Shown here piece after piece: positions 1-13,823 of a stretch of 64,000 bases of DNA. The stretch covers positions 711,397-775,396 of the forward strand of contig RHPI01002368.1 of the NCBI GenBank assembly GCA_009103225.1. Reading direction: 5' to 3'. The DNA is from Chlorokybus atmophyticus. Taxonomy: Eukaryota; Plantae; Mesostigma and Chlorokybus algae. Each line of letters opens with the position of its first letter. The stretch's first letter is position 1. The notes under the pieces were generated by a model, which did not search any database, had not been told where the DNA came from, and worked only from the letters and a program-made list of their open reading frames with translations. Made by a program: the position numbers and the translations under genes.

Positions 1-454
1 CCAGCGATGGAACGCGGCTTAATTATGCCAGTGCGGCTCTATCTTCGGCATGCCTGTACTAGCACAACACCGTTTGTGCCTTACCAGTAGGTAAATTAGT
101 GACCAATACTGGCAAAAACATTTTGTGCCAGATTTGGAGGGGCTTCACATTTAGCTTCAAAAAGCAGATACCAGTATTGGCACAATTGGTTTGTGCAAGT
201 ACTGGCACAGCCTGCAAGCCCCATGTGTTTGTTGAGTTTGGCTTCCGTTTTTAATGAAAATTGCTATCATATCATAATGTTACATGTTGTACCTTACAAC
301 AAGATTTAAAGCACTTTTATTAAAGTCAACTAGTCTCCACCATTATGGTTATATGTATGCCTACCAGCTATCACAACGTTACATGTACCTTACAACACAC
401 ATATTACAGCAATGTCACTGGAGTTGATTTTGATGCCACTTTCAGGCCTACGTA

Positions 455-930
455 TAGCCATGTTAGCTACGAAAGCTTGCATTGCATGCTATGCTTTATT
501 AAATCGGCAACACACAAGGTCTCTGTCGTTGTTTCTGTCGTTGTTTCTGTCGTTGTTTCTGTCGCTACATCAGGCTTACATGTAGGCCTGCCAGCTACGA
601 CAGTCTGCAATTAATTTCACGACTTTAAAATCATACGCACAATTGACCTTACAATTTCCGTCAAAACCCATCTCACAGATATTTAGCTCACAACGCTCAG
701 ACCTACATGTAGCCATGTCAGCTGCGAAAGCTTGCGCTGCATGTTATACCTTATTACATTAGCAACACACAAGTTTTCAAGCATTAATGTTGTCGTGGTT
801 GTTTCTGCCGCTGCAATCAGGCATACATGCAGGCCTGCAAGCTACGAAAGTCTGTTTTTAACTTATCGGTACTCTAAATCATGAGCACAATTGACCTCAC
901 AATTCCCGTCAAGACTGATCTCGCAAAACT
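455..930. repeat. Diverged tandem duplication, two copies of a unit of about 255 bp
   Basis: GCCATGTTAGCTACGAAAGCTTGC...CACAATTGACCTTACAATTTCCGTCAA (about 455-665) recurs as GCCATGTCAGCTGCGAAAGCTTGC...CACAATTGACCTCACAATTCCCGTCAA (about 710-912). Confidence 0.75.
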
Positions 931-975
931 ATACAGGTCGTGACGATACGAAAAATCCAATAGTTTACCTAGCAT

Positions 976-1048
976 TTCCCACGCCGGGACTTGAACCCGG
1001 GTCTCGCGGGTGAGAGCCGCGTATCCTGACCAACTAGACTACGTGGGA
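976..1048 (-). tRNA. trnE-CTC: tRNA-Glu (anticodon CTC)
   Basis: The reverse complement TCCCACGTAGTCTAGTTGGTCAGGATACGCGGCTCTCACCCGCGAGACCCGGGTTCAAGTCCCGGCGTGGGAA folds as a 73-nt cloverleaf. It has a TCCCACG/CGTGGGA acceptor stem, a GCGG-CT CTC AC-CCGC anticodon arm and a GTTCAAG T-loop. Confidence 0.97.
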
Positions 1049-1377
1049 GGGCTGTGTAATGGACGGTGGTAAAGCAACTTATAGCTTGTTGCTATAACCA
1101 TTGGTCTGACAACGGAGGTTCCGTTGCTAAAAATAACGCTCCCACTCACAGTCAGAGTCAAACGGCCCAGACTCCTCGCTCACCGCACCACGGCCTGGCT
1201 GCTGGATGGTGGAGGGGAGGGACAACAAGCAGCACGCACAAACACTTTCGGTGATGTGCTCACTCATTGACCCCTCCCCCCCCCAGCTCTCGTGCCCTTT
1301 CTGACTTCGGGGAGGCGCGTTGCTGTCCGTCTCCTCCTGGGCAGCCTCCTCCTGCTCCGTCGACGCCGCCGCCAACG

Positions 1378-3268
1378 ATGCTGGCGGCGGTGCTGCCCGT
1401 GCTGCCTCCTTCGGGGATGGACACCGCCTTCCAGGCCTCCTCCTCCCCACCGCCGCCCGTTGTGGTCGAGGTAGAGGTAGAGGAGGGGCAGGGAGGGGCG
1501 GCGAGGGAGGAGGAGGAGGAGGAGGAGGAGTCTCCGCCGCCGCCTGCGACGCCGCCTGGTGAGGGCGCCTACGTGCGTAAGGCGGTGGCGGCGGCGCGCG
1601 GTGAGGCGGAGGCGGCGGTGTCCGCCGAGCGATCCCGCGCCGACGCCCTGGTCAAGGAGCTGGACGCCCTGCGCCTGGCCACGGAGGACGCCCACAGCAA
1701 GGCCAGGGAGGACCTCATCACCACTAAGGACGAGCTCACCAGCCTGAGGGAACAGCTGGCGGTCGCAGAGTACCAGCTAGCAAACAAGTGCCAGGTAGGG
1801 TGGGTGTGTGGGTTTGCAAACACGCTGCTTGACATGGCATTTGCGTCACTTTAGTGGTGCACGCATTTCAGGAGTTGAGCGTGACGCGCGAGGAGTTGGG
1901 TCGCGCCATGAAGGGGCACAGCGACCACAAGGCCGAGCTTGACGAGGAGATCGGTCATATGCATGTGCGTTTGCATAATCGTCTCTCTCCCCCCGCACAA
2001 CAGGAACAGCAACTCACCAGTTACGTGTGCAGGAGTGGCTTCACGACGTGCACGTGCAGCTGTCCGCTCTCCACGCAGAGATTGCCTCCCTACGCCAGCA
2101 CCGCACCACACTCCAGGTAAGCCGCGTAATCAACGAGACAACACTAGCGATACAAAAATAGATGTGTGTGCGTGCGAGTGTGCACACACACGCGCACGCA
2201 CACAGGCACGCCCGCGCTCGTGTGCACCCTCATACACTGCACACAGATTCTCTCCAACATACATGCGTGTGTGTGCTCTCTGCACCCACGCGCGCATGCG
2301 CGCGCATGCACACACACACACATGCACGCACACAAGCGCGCACCCACGCACTCGCACCGATGTTTGCTACAGGCCCAGGTGTCCGAGTTGCGTGTGGCGG
2401 TGCATAGCGGGTTGGCGGAGGCGCTGGCGTCCGTGCAGTCTCGCGCCGAGGAGACGCTGGCGGCCGCGCAGGCACTCGCTGCCAAAGCCGCTGTGAGTGA
2501 GTTGGTGTGGACGACACACGGCCACATTGACAAAAGCGAGTGCTGACGTGCGGGTGTGTGCATGTATTGCGTGTCTCAGGCGGATGCGGAGGCGGAACGC
2601 AACGCTGCCGTGCTTGAAGTGCGCACGGAGCTCGCCACCGTTGCCCTCGACGCCGCACGTAGCGTGGCCGCCCTCGAGGTCCGACCACATGCGTGTACAC
2701 GCTACGAGCCAGTGTTGCATCTCGTGCACATGACGTGTGCGCTCGCACTCAAGCGCGTGCGCGTGGGTTGTGTGAGCAGGAGCAACTGAGCCAAAAGGGT
2801 GCAGAGCTGGCAGACGCACGCGCCGCCAACGAACAGCTGCAGGCCGAGAGTGCGTGATGTGGCTATCATATCACACGCGCACACATACACACGCACGCAC
2901 GTTCACATACATACGCGCACACACACACACACACACACACCCATACACGCGCGCATGCAAACATACCCAACCATGCAGGGGGAGCCCTGCGTGAGAAAGC
3001 GCGAGCTGCTGAAGAGGATGCGCGTGCGCGCGAAGAGGGCGTGAAGGCGGAGTCCGCGCGTGCGCTGGAGTCCGCGCGGGCCGAGGCGAGCGTGAAGCTG
3101 TTGTCCGCACAGGAGTCCAACGCGGCCCTCACTGCCAAAGTCCATGCCGTGCGCGTGGAGCGCAACGACATGTTGGCCAAGCTCGAGAGCATCATGCAGC
3201 TGGGCAGCCATATCATGGAGCTACAGCAAGGAGGGGGAGTAGGATTGGCCAACATGATCGACAACAAT

Positions 3269-3300
<32 letters not shown>

Positions 3301-4300
3301 TGACAATGACAACAACAAGGAGGAGGTGAGGAGGTTGGAGAAATGGAATGCGCAGCTTGCGAGGAGCGTGGAGGAGCTTACGTTGCAGCGGGACAACACC
3401 GTCGCCCAGCTCGACGCCATACTTGCGCAAGTCAACACGCTCTCATCCCTCCCTCAACCCGATGCCAACAGCAACAACAACAGCAACAACAGCAGCAGCA
3501 CCACGTCGCGTGATGGCCAAGAAGTTATGGCCGGCCACACAGACAACAACAACCAGGTGAGCACCGTGATTGCTTGCACTTGCGTGGTTGCGGGAGTAAA
3601 ATATATGCAACGCTAAAATGTATTTTACTTTATTTGAACAGAGACTGAGTTTGGAAGAACACCAGCGCAGAGGTAGTGCCCCCGAAGCCCACAATGTGTC
3701 GCTCTCCATGCAAGACCATCTCAGGTATGGCAGACATGTTGTGGGAGCTAAATCACACGCGCACATATACACAAGTTCTTCACAAACTGACATAGGCATG
3801 AAGACTATTGCGCATCGTGTGCACGCATACACACACGTGCACACATGTACACATGCGCACACATACCGTTTCTTGTATGACAGAGTGAAGACGGGTGTAT
3901 CGAGCGGGCAAGGGGAGGTGAACACGCCGTCGTTCACTGCGCGGCGGCGCGCGGACGATTTCCTTGTGGGTATTCTGAAGGAGAAGGAGGCCGAGCTTGC
4001 GCAGCTCCTTGCCGACTTTGATCCCAACAACATGCCCATCCCACCACAACCAATGCCCACCCAACAACAACAACCACCCTCCTCCAGACTTAGCAGCTCC
4101 TTCGAACGCCGCTCTTTGGAAGTGAGACAATCAAAGGAGCGCACACCACATGCACACGCACACGCACAAGCACACGTACATGTACACATGCGCACACACA
4201 CGTGCGTACACAACTACGCACGCGCGCGCACATGCAATGAACTTGACTGTGCGTGTGCTGGTGGCAGGGGAAAGGGGTGCAGAAGCATGTCAACTGGTAA
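1378..4300 (+). CDS. Multi-exon uncharacterised coiled-coil protein (span includes introns)
   Basis: GT-AG-flanked exons encode heptad-like segments (RADALVKELDALRLA, EWLHDVHVQLSALHAEIASLRQ, ESARALESARAEASVKLLSAQE, LARSVEELTLQRD). The last exon 4268-4300 reads GKGVQKHVNW*. The start codon is uncertain. Confidence 0.7.
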
Positions 4301-4820
4301 TGTGTGCACGCTACGAGCTCGAGCGTGCTGAAACAGTACTTATATATTATGCGCCAAAGTATACTTGCCTGAAGACAGGTCTTAATCATTTCATGGCGAT
4401 CGCACTTGGTCCATGTAACCGATGCGCATCGGTCATATCATTTTTGCAGTAGGACGCAGTATGAGCATACCAGTCATAGCACAATATAGCTGTATTGCTA
4501 AATTGTAATGCAATTACCTCGCACACGCATGACTGCAATCCACAGTGCAAATGGTCTGCCGCTTTACATGCAACTGGCAACTGAAACAACATATAGCGGA
4601 CACCCTGTTAACTCTTGTCAGACAGCATTCTGCCTGTTTATGTATATGTACAAGACGCAAAGTTCATCTGTGATGGACCCCACAACACCAGTTGCACACA
4701 CGCCTGGTGAGGAGCCTCACTCCATACGTGCGTGTGTATGTGTGTGCGAGTCTTCCAAACAGCTTGACCTGCCCTGCATACGCCCCAAGTCGCGCTCGTA
4801 TAAACGCACGCGCACACGCA

Positions 4821-7800
4821 TCACAACTTGGCTCGAGGGTGTTGTTGTTGTCCCTGCTTCTCTCCCCCCTTGAGTAGGTGTTCCAGTGCAGTGGGGTCGG
4901 CTAGTGCGCTTGTGTCCCCGAGGTCATCGCGCTCCCCGTCGGCGATCTTCCGCAGCATCCGACGCAGTATCTTCCCCGAACGCGTGCGCGGAAGACCACG
5001 CGGAGCAAAGTGGATAGCGTCCGGGACAGCAAACGAACCCACGACACGCTTCACGACATCCTGCAGGGGGTGACACATGCATGCGTGTCGTGTTGTTGTT
5101 ATTGGAATGAAGAGGGTGAGACAACGTGACGCGCACCCGCAGTTCGGCTTTGAGACGGTCGTTGGCTTCGGCCTCGGGTGCTGCGACGACGTACGCGTAC
5201 ACGCCCTGGCCTTTCCGGTTGTGATTGAAACCCACCACAGCCGCTTCCGTGCAACCCTGTGCAGATCACGCATCACACATCGCCACACCACACCACATCA
5301 CACATCACTGTGCAGATCACACATCACACATCACCACACAACATCACCACACCACACAACATCACCACACAGTACACACGCGTGCATGTGTGCTATGTCT
5401 ACCAGCACACGTGTGTATTGACATGTGCACACATGTGCACGCAATCACACTCAAGGGTACGTGCCTGCATGACCGCATGCGCGTGTGCGTGTGCGCGTGT
5501 GCGTGGTCACGTACTTTGTGCGATGTGAGTGCGGCCTCAATCTCGGCTGTTCCAACTCGGTGTCCTGAGACATTGATGACATCATCCACTCGTCCAGTGA
5601 TCCAGAGGTACCCGTCCTCGTCGCGCCGGCACCCGTCCCCCGTCAGGTAGTAGCCTCTCAGCTTGCCGGCGTCAAAATACGTCTGCTCAAACCGCGCGCG
5701 GTCGTTCGCAATCGTCTTCATCATACCGGGCCAAGCGCGCTTGATCGCCAACACACCCGTACCCGCACCTGACACACGTAAGTAGGTTGGTACTCAGCCG
5801 TGCAAATGTACATGCACGTGCGCGCGCGCACACCCACCCACCCACCCACCACACTGGCGCTCAGGTACGCGCGCACATACTCACTTACACACGCACGTTG
5901 GCCGCACGCGCACACCTCTACACCCCCACACGCACGCATATGCTTGCACGCACCCGCGCACATACGTCCGTGCACATGTACATGTGTTTGTGCGCGCGCA
6001 TTCATGGTTTGTATGCGCACACATGCACATTCAGAAGCACACCCATACGCAAACACACTACGAGAGTGGCCATCAACCTTGCATTTCTTTGCCGTCTTCG
6101 TCGAGGAGTACCGTCTCCACCCCAAAGAACGGCATCGTGGCGCACCCGGGCTTGAGTTTCCAAGCGCCCGGCATGGGGAACAGCATCGCGGCGCCGGTCT
6201 CCGTCTGCCACCACGTGTCCACGATGGGGCAGCGACCGCGCCCGATGCGCGAGTGGTACCAAGACCACGCCTCGGGGTTGATGGGCTCGCCCACGCTGCC
6301 CAGGATGCGTAGGGAGTCCAGCCTGATCATGAGCAGATGCTGATTAGCCGTGTACACATGTGTGGAGTGTGAACGTATGTGAATGTGTACGTGCGTGTGC
6401 GCCCAAAATTTGCAAGCGTGCCATTGCGAACACGTGTGCATGCGCGCACGCGCTTGACAGCGTGTGAGTGTGTGACAATGTGCGTGCGTGTGGCGTACTT
6501 GTAGTTGCGGAGCCACTGCTCGCCTTCATGCATGAGCGTTCTGATCGCCGTCGGTGCAGTGTAGAACACAGTAACCTTGTATTTGTCAATAATCTGCCAG
6601 AAGCGGTCCGGCTACAAACACATCGAGTACACAGCATTGTCAGTTGCACACATAAGCTAACCACACATGACGAGACACGCCACAACCCAGCATGCCTTTG
6701 GCCACGTAGGTGTGCCCTCAAAGATGACGCACGTCGCATGGTTCATCAGCGGCCCGTACGCCAAGTACGTGTGTCCTGTGATCCACCCGCAATCCGCCGT
6801 GGACCTGTGGTGGCACAAGCCAACATCAACCAACAACGTACCCACCCAACATAGTACAACATGCGTGCTTGCGCGTACCAGAATATGTCATCCTCGCGGT
6901 GGTCAAAGGCGAGGGCATACGAGTGTCCCGCGTGGACCATATAGCCCCCGACCGCGTGCACGATGCCCTTCGGCTTGCCCGTGCTGCCCGACGTGTACAA
7001 CATGTACAGATCCGCTTCAGCATCCACCCACTCGACCTACGCGATTAACATGTTGGCTGCTCACCTGCTCAAGCGCACACACCACCGCACATGCACGCGG
7101 CCACGCACACGTGAACACACGCACATGGACGCGTGCACGCGTACACACCCTCGCAGATGCACCTACGCACACACGCGCGTGCATGCGCACACCTCCTCAT
7201 ACTCACAGGGCATTCGGTTGGCAAGCTCGCGATGGCATCCTGCCACCACAAGTCTCGCCCGGGTTTCATCTTCACGCGGTCGCGCGACACCGCGTCCGCG
7301 TTGTCAAACACCAAACACGTGCGCACTTCATGCCCGGACTCAGACGCCACCTGCTCAGAGACGGATAAATGTCACAACTGCGATTAGACGCAGTGCTTAC
7401 CAGCACACATATGCACATACGCGCGCACATGCATACCCACATGCACGCACACACACATGGACACACAGGCATGTGTGTACATCCAGACATGCATTCACTT
7501 GCGCGCACATATACACGTGAAAGCCGCGAGACAGAGTGTGTGATGTAGTACTTGCATGGCGCGGTCGACAATGTCTTTGAGATGTAGCGTTTTGTTCCCG
7601 CGCGCCGACGCCGAACACGTCAACAACACGCTCGACTCGCTGTCTCTCATCCTCTCCGCCAGCGCCTCCGCCGCGAAACCAGCAAACACAACAGAATGCA
7701 CAGCACCTGGTGTGTGTATCGTATTATGACCTTTCACCCAATGACAACACATGACAGATACCCACCTATTCGGGCGCACGCGAGCATGGCGGCGGGGAGT

Positions 7801-8805
7801 TCGGGTATCATCGGCATGTAGATGGACACGCGGTGGCCGGGACGCACGCCTTTACTTTTGAGAAAGTTGGCTATCTGGCAGACTGAAGCCAACAACTCTT
7901 TGTAGGTCAACTTGCGAACGTGCGCGGGGTCGTTGCCCTCCCAAAGAAATGCCACCTTATCCCCCTAGTGCAAACATCTACGCGGTAAGCAAATCACTGC
8001 AGATGGGAAGCATGACCACACATACACGCGCATGTGCACACATATATGTATGCGTAGATGGCAGGTATGTGCCCGTGCGCGCACATACATATCCACATGC
8101 ACATATGCATACACACATTATCATGAAATCGCACAAAACGCGTGTGCACACACACATTATCAAGCATGCGGACGCACACATGCACATGCATTCACGTGCA
8201 TATGCGCACACAATGCAGGCACTCGCCTTGCCAGCCTTGACGTGTCTGTCCAGTGCATTGTAGCAAATGTTGGTCTTTCCGCCCCGAAACCAGTGGCTAA
8301 ACACCGGCCCTTTTGTCCGATCGAAATTGAAGTCATGATGCTGATTCTGTTCTCACACAACACCCCAACAGTCAACAACACACAGCTCATACGACAACAC
8401 GCCAGCATTGTGTGTGTCTCACCTGGAACGGAGTGTGCCAGTGATAATCCTCAGCGACTTTGGCCCAGAATGCGTTTGGGTCTGCCATTGATTGCTGCCA
8501 TTTGTTCTGATAGTCTTCTAGACTCTTCACTCGACCGACCCAGCCGCGCGGTTTGATGATGGTTGTGTTGCTGTTACTGGCGTTTACTGTACTGTTGTCT
8601 TGGTGGTTGGGGTCAGCTGGCTTGCCCATGTTGAATGGCTGATGGAAAAGCGTCTGGACAGCTGAGCGGGCGTGCAAGTGAGAATGTCGGTTGTTGGCTG
8701 ACTGAGCATGACACACATGACACACACAAACAATCCAACAAACCACAGCCACACGCATAACATACCTGAGCAGTAGCGGCGTTTGTCAGCAAAACAGCTT
8801 CTCAT
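4821..8805 (-). CDS. ACS: Acetyl-CoA synthetase (AMP-forming), multi-exon
   Basis: Motifs include [35 protein letters not shown] (AMP-binding), [48 protein letters not shown] and [12 protein letters not shown]. Stop TGA at 4821-4823. Start is either 8805 (spliced) or 8629. Confidence 0.96.
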
Positions 8806-9689
8806 ACATCAGCAGTAAGAGTGTGCAGACTTTTTCCTATCGTTCCCATGTGTTTGACTCTTTCCTCAGAGGTGCATGCAGCTGCTGCGTGAGCATGCGG
8901 GTGCTTTGCTTGCTTGTGAAGTGTGGGCTGATGGGTAAATGCGCGTTGTACGCAAGGATCGGATCTGCTGTGTGTTTGCGCGACGGCTGTGCCAGCTGGC
9001 AGGTCGCACTCAAGGTCTTATACGAAGGGATTACCCGCTTGGAAGCAAGCATTCACTCTTTGTGCAATACTTATGGAAAAGGCATGACGTTCGAAGTTGA
9101 ATGTCGTGAACTTCCATGTGCATGACGCATGCAGCGAATGTCACGCGTCTACATTGTGACCATATGTGTGTTACTGCTGTTCACGTTGTTCTTCAAGTAT
9201 TATTACAAGGGCTACAATCCATGTTGTGTCCAAATAGTGTTTTGCACATTGCTAATCAAGATTTTATCCATTCGAGCATTTTCTGCCTTTGTTACAAGGG
9301 ACTTAAATGTAATGTGTTGTTATATACATAAACGTAATACATCACAACGATTGTTGATTATATATAGTAGGATCGAGCCTGCGAATAATGGGCTATGACT
9401 CAAAGCGTTATAAGCACAACGATATAGCATTTACCTAACCTTATTATGCATATTACAACTGATAACATATGGATCGGGGTGGGGGGTGGGGGTGTTGTTA
9501 ATGAGATTTATTTTCATGATGATGAGCGCTGTGCGCATGTGATGATGTGCGCAAGGCTTGTCTTGCAAATAACTTCAATATAACCAATTGTATATACAAA
9601 AACAACAACTTTGTTGTTCTGCCAAATGCATAACTGATGAAAATAAGCTTGTAAGTTAGACATACACAAAAATGTATATATATACACAC

Positions 9690-9731
<42 letters not shown>

Positions 9732-11318
9732 AAGGGCAATATGTCGTTGCGTGTCAATGCATCGTGTGTAAAGGTCAATGTTTGAGCGCATTGCGCAAAA
9801 TATTTACATGGTATATAACCGCGATGGATAAGACCTAGCGTTTTGCTCTGCGCTATACAGATACGCTGCTGTTATGATCGTGCCCAAATGCATTCCACAC
9901 AATCATAACTCAGATGCTTATGTCAATCATAGTTGCATAACATGCGCTTCATTACGTGACGTTATGAGTAGCCTTAAGGCTATTCAACCAAATACTGTCA
10001 ATTACATGTTAAGATCGATTTCAAAATGTGATTCATATTATGCGTTAATTAATGTCCACGTGACATATATGCTAGATCGCAATCGCATTGCTTGCAGTGT
10101 TTATTCATCAAAGCGATACAAATTACATTGTTAACGCGTCTGTGTAATTAGCGATGTTATTAGCTGAGATCAATTGCAAATCTATTAAACATGGCTCACA
10201 TCAGCATACTACAATGCAATGCCCAGCGCAAACTTATTGCGCGTCACGTGTGCAATCAAATGGTGCGCACTTGTGTGCTATTTCAACCTGTTAGCAATAC
10301 AAATGATTATACACAGATTACAATCGCGTTATGTTGATATGGTTGTGTTACGTGATTTCAAGCTTATTTCATTGCCACAACAACACTGATAGTGATGGCT
10401 CTACAACTGCTATGATCTGTGCTATATTATCAGATGCAGTGTCGTGCATTGCGTGGTCTATAGCTTTACAAGGTGATTTGCATGTGTCACATAAAGTACC
10501 TTTCAGCTTCAACCTACACTGGTACCGGCGGAGGTTCCTTCAACGTCTGAAAGTACTGCCCGTGTCCGTACTTTTTGGACACGGCGTGTCTGTAGGCGAT
10601 ACCTCGATAAGTGCAAGACGTTGGTGCCCCTAGTAAATGCCATCGAGAATAAGCACTTAGCGTGGACATGCGACCAACGAGTGGCTGTTGCCCGTAATTT
10701 GGTCTTCTTTGATTGCATTTTATGCACTAGTCGCATGTTAGCGCAGAAGTTTGCTACTGTATGCGCTTAGCGAATATGCACACACACAAAGCGGCTAGAC
10801 TGTAGTAGCGAGCCGCTGTTGTATAGCCCCAAAAACGAAACACCCTTCTTGAAGGCACTGTCGGGCGAACGAAGCAATCGCACCGTTGCAACAGCCACAA
10901 TCTGTACCACGTGTCAGCATCGAAGGGCCTCACCCTGGCAGGCCGAGTCCTCGCCGAGAAAAGCCCGCAACCGAAACACAGGCAAAACAGCAACAGGTAC
11001 GGACCGTACTCCCACCCAGGCTGCTCCGCTGGCACGCACGTAACGTACCGGGTTGCTTGAGGCTGAGAGTCCTTCAGTGCTATACCAACGTTACTATGTT
11101 GGTACGCACGTTGACGACGTGACTTGAGACGTGACGCCTCCCTCTGCTTTTGCGCTCTGTTCCACTGCCTGCGTTAGTTACGCAGCCGTTGCGCCAATTA
11201 GAGGCAAGCGGGTACACAGGCAGCGGACCAGGCCAGGCCAGGCCGGAGCAGGCTACGCAGCAGGACAGACCGGACCAGGCCAGACCGGACCAGGGCAGGG
11301 CAGAGCGGGCCAGGTGCA

Positions 11319-13147
11319 ATGGCGCCAGCGGCGGACAAGAAGAGGATTGTGGTGCTCGGCGGTGGCTACGCTGGTTCAGTCATCGCCAAGGACAAGGCCC
11401 TTCAGGCGGCGGCGGAGGTGACGCTGATCGACCGCAAGACCTTCTTCGAGCACAATGTGGCCACACTCAGGGCGGCGCTGGACCCTACCGTCGGCCCACG
11501 CATAATGTGGGAGCATTCCGCCTACCTGGGGAACGCCAAGCTGGTCGTCGGAGCCGCCAAGGAGGTCACACCATCCGCCGTGCTGCTGGAGGACGGCGCT
11601 GAGGTACCCTATGACATCCTTGTCGTCGCCGCCGGATCAACCTACTCCTCGCCCCTGGCCAAGACTGACCCTGCTGCCGCTGCTGGTGCCAAGCCATCCA
11701 CCTCACTCCGCCTGAAGGACTTTGCCAACGCCATGCAACAGATCAAGGTCAGACACAACACACACTAAACGTGCTGTTGTAAAAATGTTGCTTGTGGCTG
11801 TGTAGATGTGATCAAGCACAAACACATACAACCACAACTTGCAGGGTGCCAACTCGATCCTCATTGTGGGAGGAGGCCCCGTCGGTGTGGAGCTTGCGGG
11901 TGAGATTGTGACCGAGCTGCCCGGCAAAAAAGTCACCATCGTCCACTCCGGCCAGAGGTACCCACAAACGCCACCCGAGCCCGCGTGGATTGACACAATC
12001 TACAACCGCACACGCACACGCACGTACCCACGCACCAAAGGGCATGCAAGGACATACGCACATTGTTTGACACAATCCGCAACCACGACATGTGCAGACA
12101 CGCACATACAGCTGTGCGCGCGCATGCACCCACGCACATGCACACATGGCAGCTTGACACACATATGGTAGGTGCACGCACTGACACACACGTATGGCAT
12201 TCGCACACACACGCACACATGCATGCATACACACAAGTGCGCATGCTCCCACTTGCCCGCACACATGCACGATCACGCATGCTCATACACAATTTCAACC
12301 TGCAGGTTGCTGGCGACGCTGAAGCCTGCTGTGGGCGCAGCTGCCCAGTCTTGGCTCGTCAAGCACGGCGTGGAGGTTATCCTCGACAACCGCGTCGACA
12401 TCAGCGGCGCCTCCACTGGAACAACAACCTACACCACCTCCAAGGGCAAGAGCGTGAGCGCGGACCTTGCGTACCTGTGCGCGGGACAGCGGGCCAACAC
12501 GTCGTTCATGACTGCCCGATTTGGAGATAAGATCGATAGCCGCGGACTCATCAAGGTGGATGAGTACCTGCGGGTTACGGATGATAACCGGATCTTTGCA
12601 CTCGGAGACTGTGCATCCGTCGAGCAGGCCAAGATGGCCTTCACCGCCGGCACCCAGGTATGTACTCATACACATGCGTACACACGCGCACGCGCGCGTG
12701 CGCGTGCAGAGATGCGTGCGTACACGCGCACGTGTACGCACGTACACGCACATGAGCGTGCACGCGCACATGCGCGTGCACGCTCATGAAGGCATGTACA
12801 CGCACAAACTCGCACACATGTACACATACCGTGCACCCGCGTGGGTACGCATGCAGACAAACGCGCGTGTGCCAGAGCCGCATCAAAAACGTCTCTTTTC
12901 TCGTTGCCTTCTGAGTGCGCAGGAAGAATTGCCAAACATGCACACAGAAGCATGCGATTGCTTGACCCTCTCCCCCTCCCGCAGGCGCTATCGCTGCTTG
13001 CCAACATCAGGCTTCTGGTCAAGGGTTCCACCAAGCTCGTGCCATACAAGTTCAAGCCCGGCGAAATCATGATCGTGTCCATGGGCAAGAAATACGGCGT
13101 CGCGCAACTGCCAGCTCCAATGGGAGTCAAGAAGGCACGTGTGGTGG

Positions 13148-13203
<56 letters not shown>

Positions 13204-13338
13204 GGTGGTGATGGTGCTGTTGGACTCATAGTCATGTCTCTGTTGCAGGGTTGCATGCCAACGATGATCAAGAGCAAGGACTTGTTTATTGGTAAGACGC
13301 GGAAGGACATGGGCATCACGACCGAAATCAAGGCCTGA
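11319..13338 (+). CDS. FAD/NAD(P)H-dependent oxidoreductase, AIFM2/FSP1 (AMID)-like, 5 exons
   Basis: Rossmann motifs IVVLGGGYAG and ILIVGGGPVGVELAGEI, plus IKVDEYLRV, IFALGDC and C-terminal IKSKDLFIGKTRKDMG. Confidence 0.88.
13147..13203 (+). repeat. (GTT)19 microsatellite in the last intron of the AIFM2-like gene
   Basis: Perfect GTT run read directly from the sequence. Confidence 0.95.
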
Positions 13339-13823
13339 TTGCCCCCATACCCACCCAACAAAATTGCATCCTCTGCATAAACCCAATCTGTGGTGTCGTG
13401 GAAGCTCCAGGTATGGCCCAGGCAACATGTTGTGTCCAACCGCGCTTCATGCCAGATAAAGCTCAAACCCCCTTGTGTAACATTATGTGTACGTGCCATG
13501 TGTGCTCTGTGGAGCAGCATTTATGAAACCCGTAAAGTAACGGTTTCAGTGGATTGCTTGGTCCCTTACATGTCGTGTTGTCATGTGTGCATGCTGCGTC
13601 AATCGCACACGAATTGTCATTGCGTTGTTGCTGTCACGTCCACAAGTCGTGAAAGATAGATCCATCAGATAGAGTAGAGACCATAAGTCAACCCAGTAAT
13701 TGTATGTACGCTCACAAGCAATGGTGTCCACATTACAGTACAGCAACTACACTGTCTAACCTAGCAGTGCGTATACACACTACACAGCCCACACACACTG
13801 CGCGCACATAAATTATCAGGACG

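Noticed and set aside
5250-5375. CACAT/CACCA pentamer array, and a TGAATGAG-like array at 17030-17270, considered as CRISPR-like or ncRNA
   Set aside because: These are degenerate simple repeats inside introns with no unique spacers, in a eukaryotic context.
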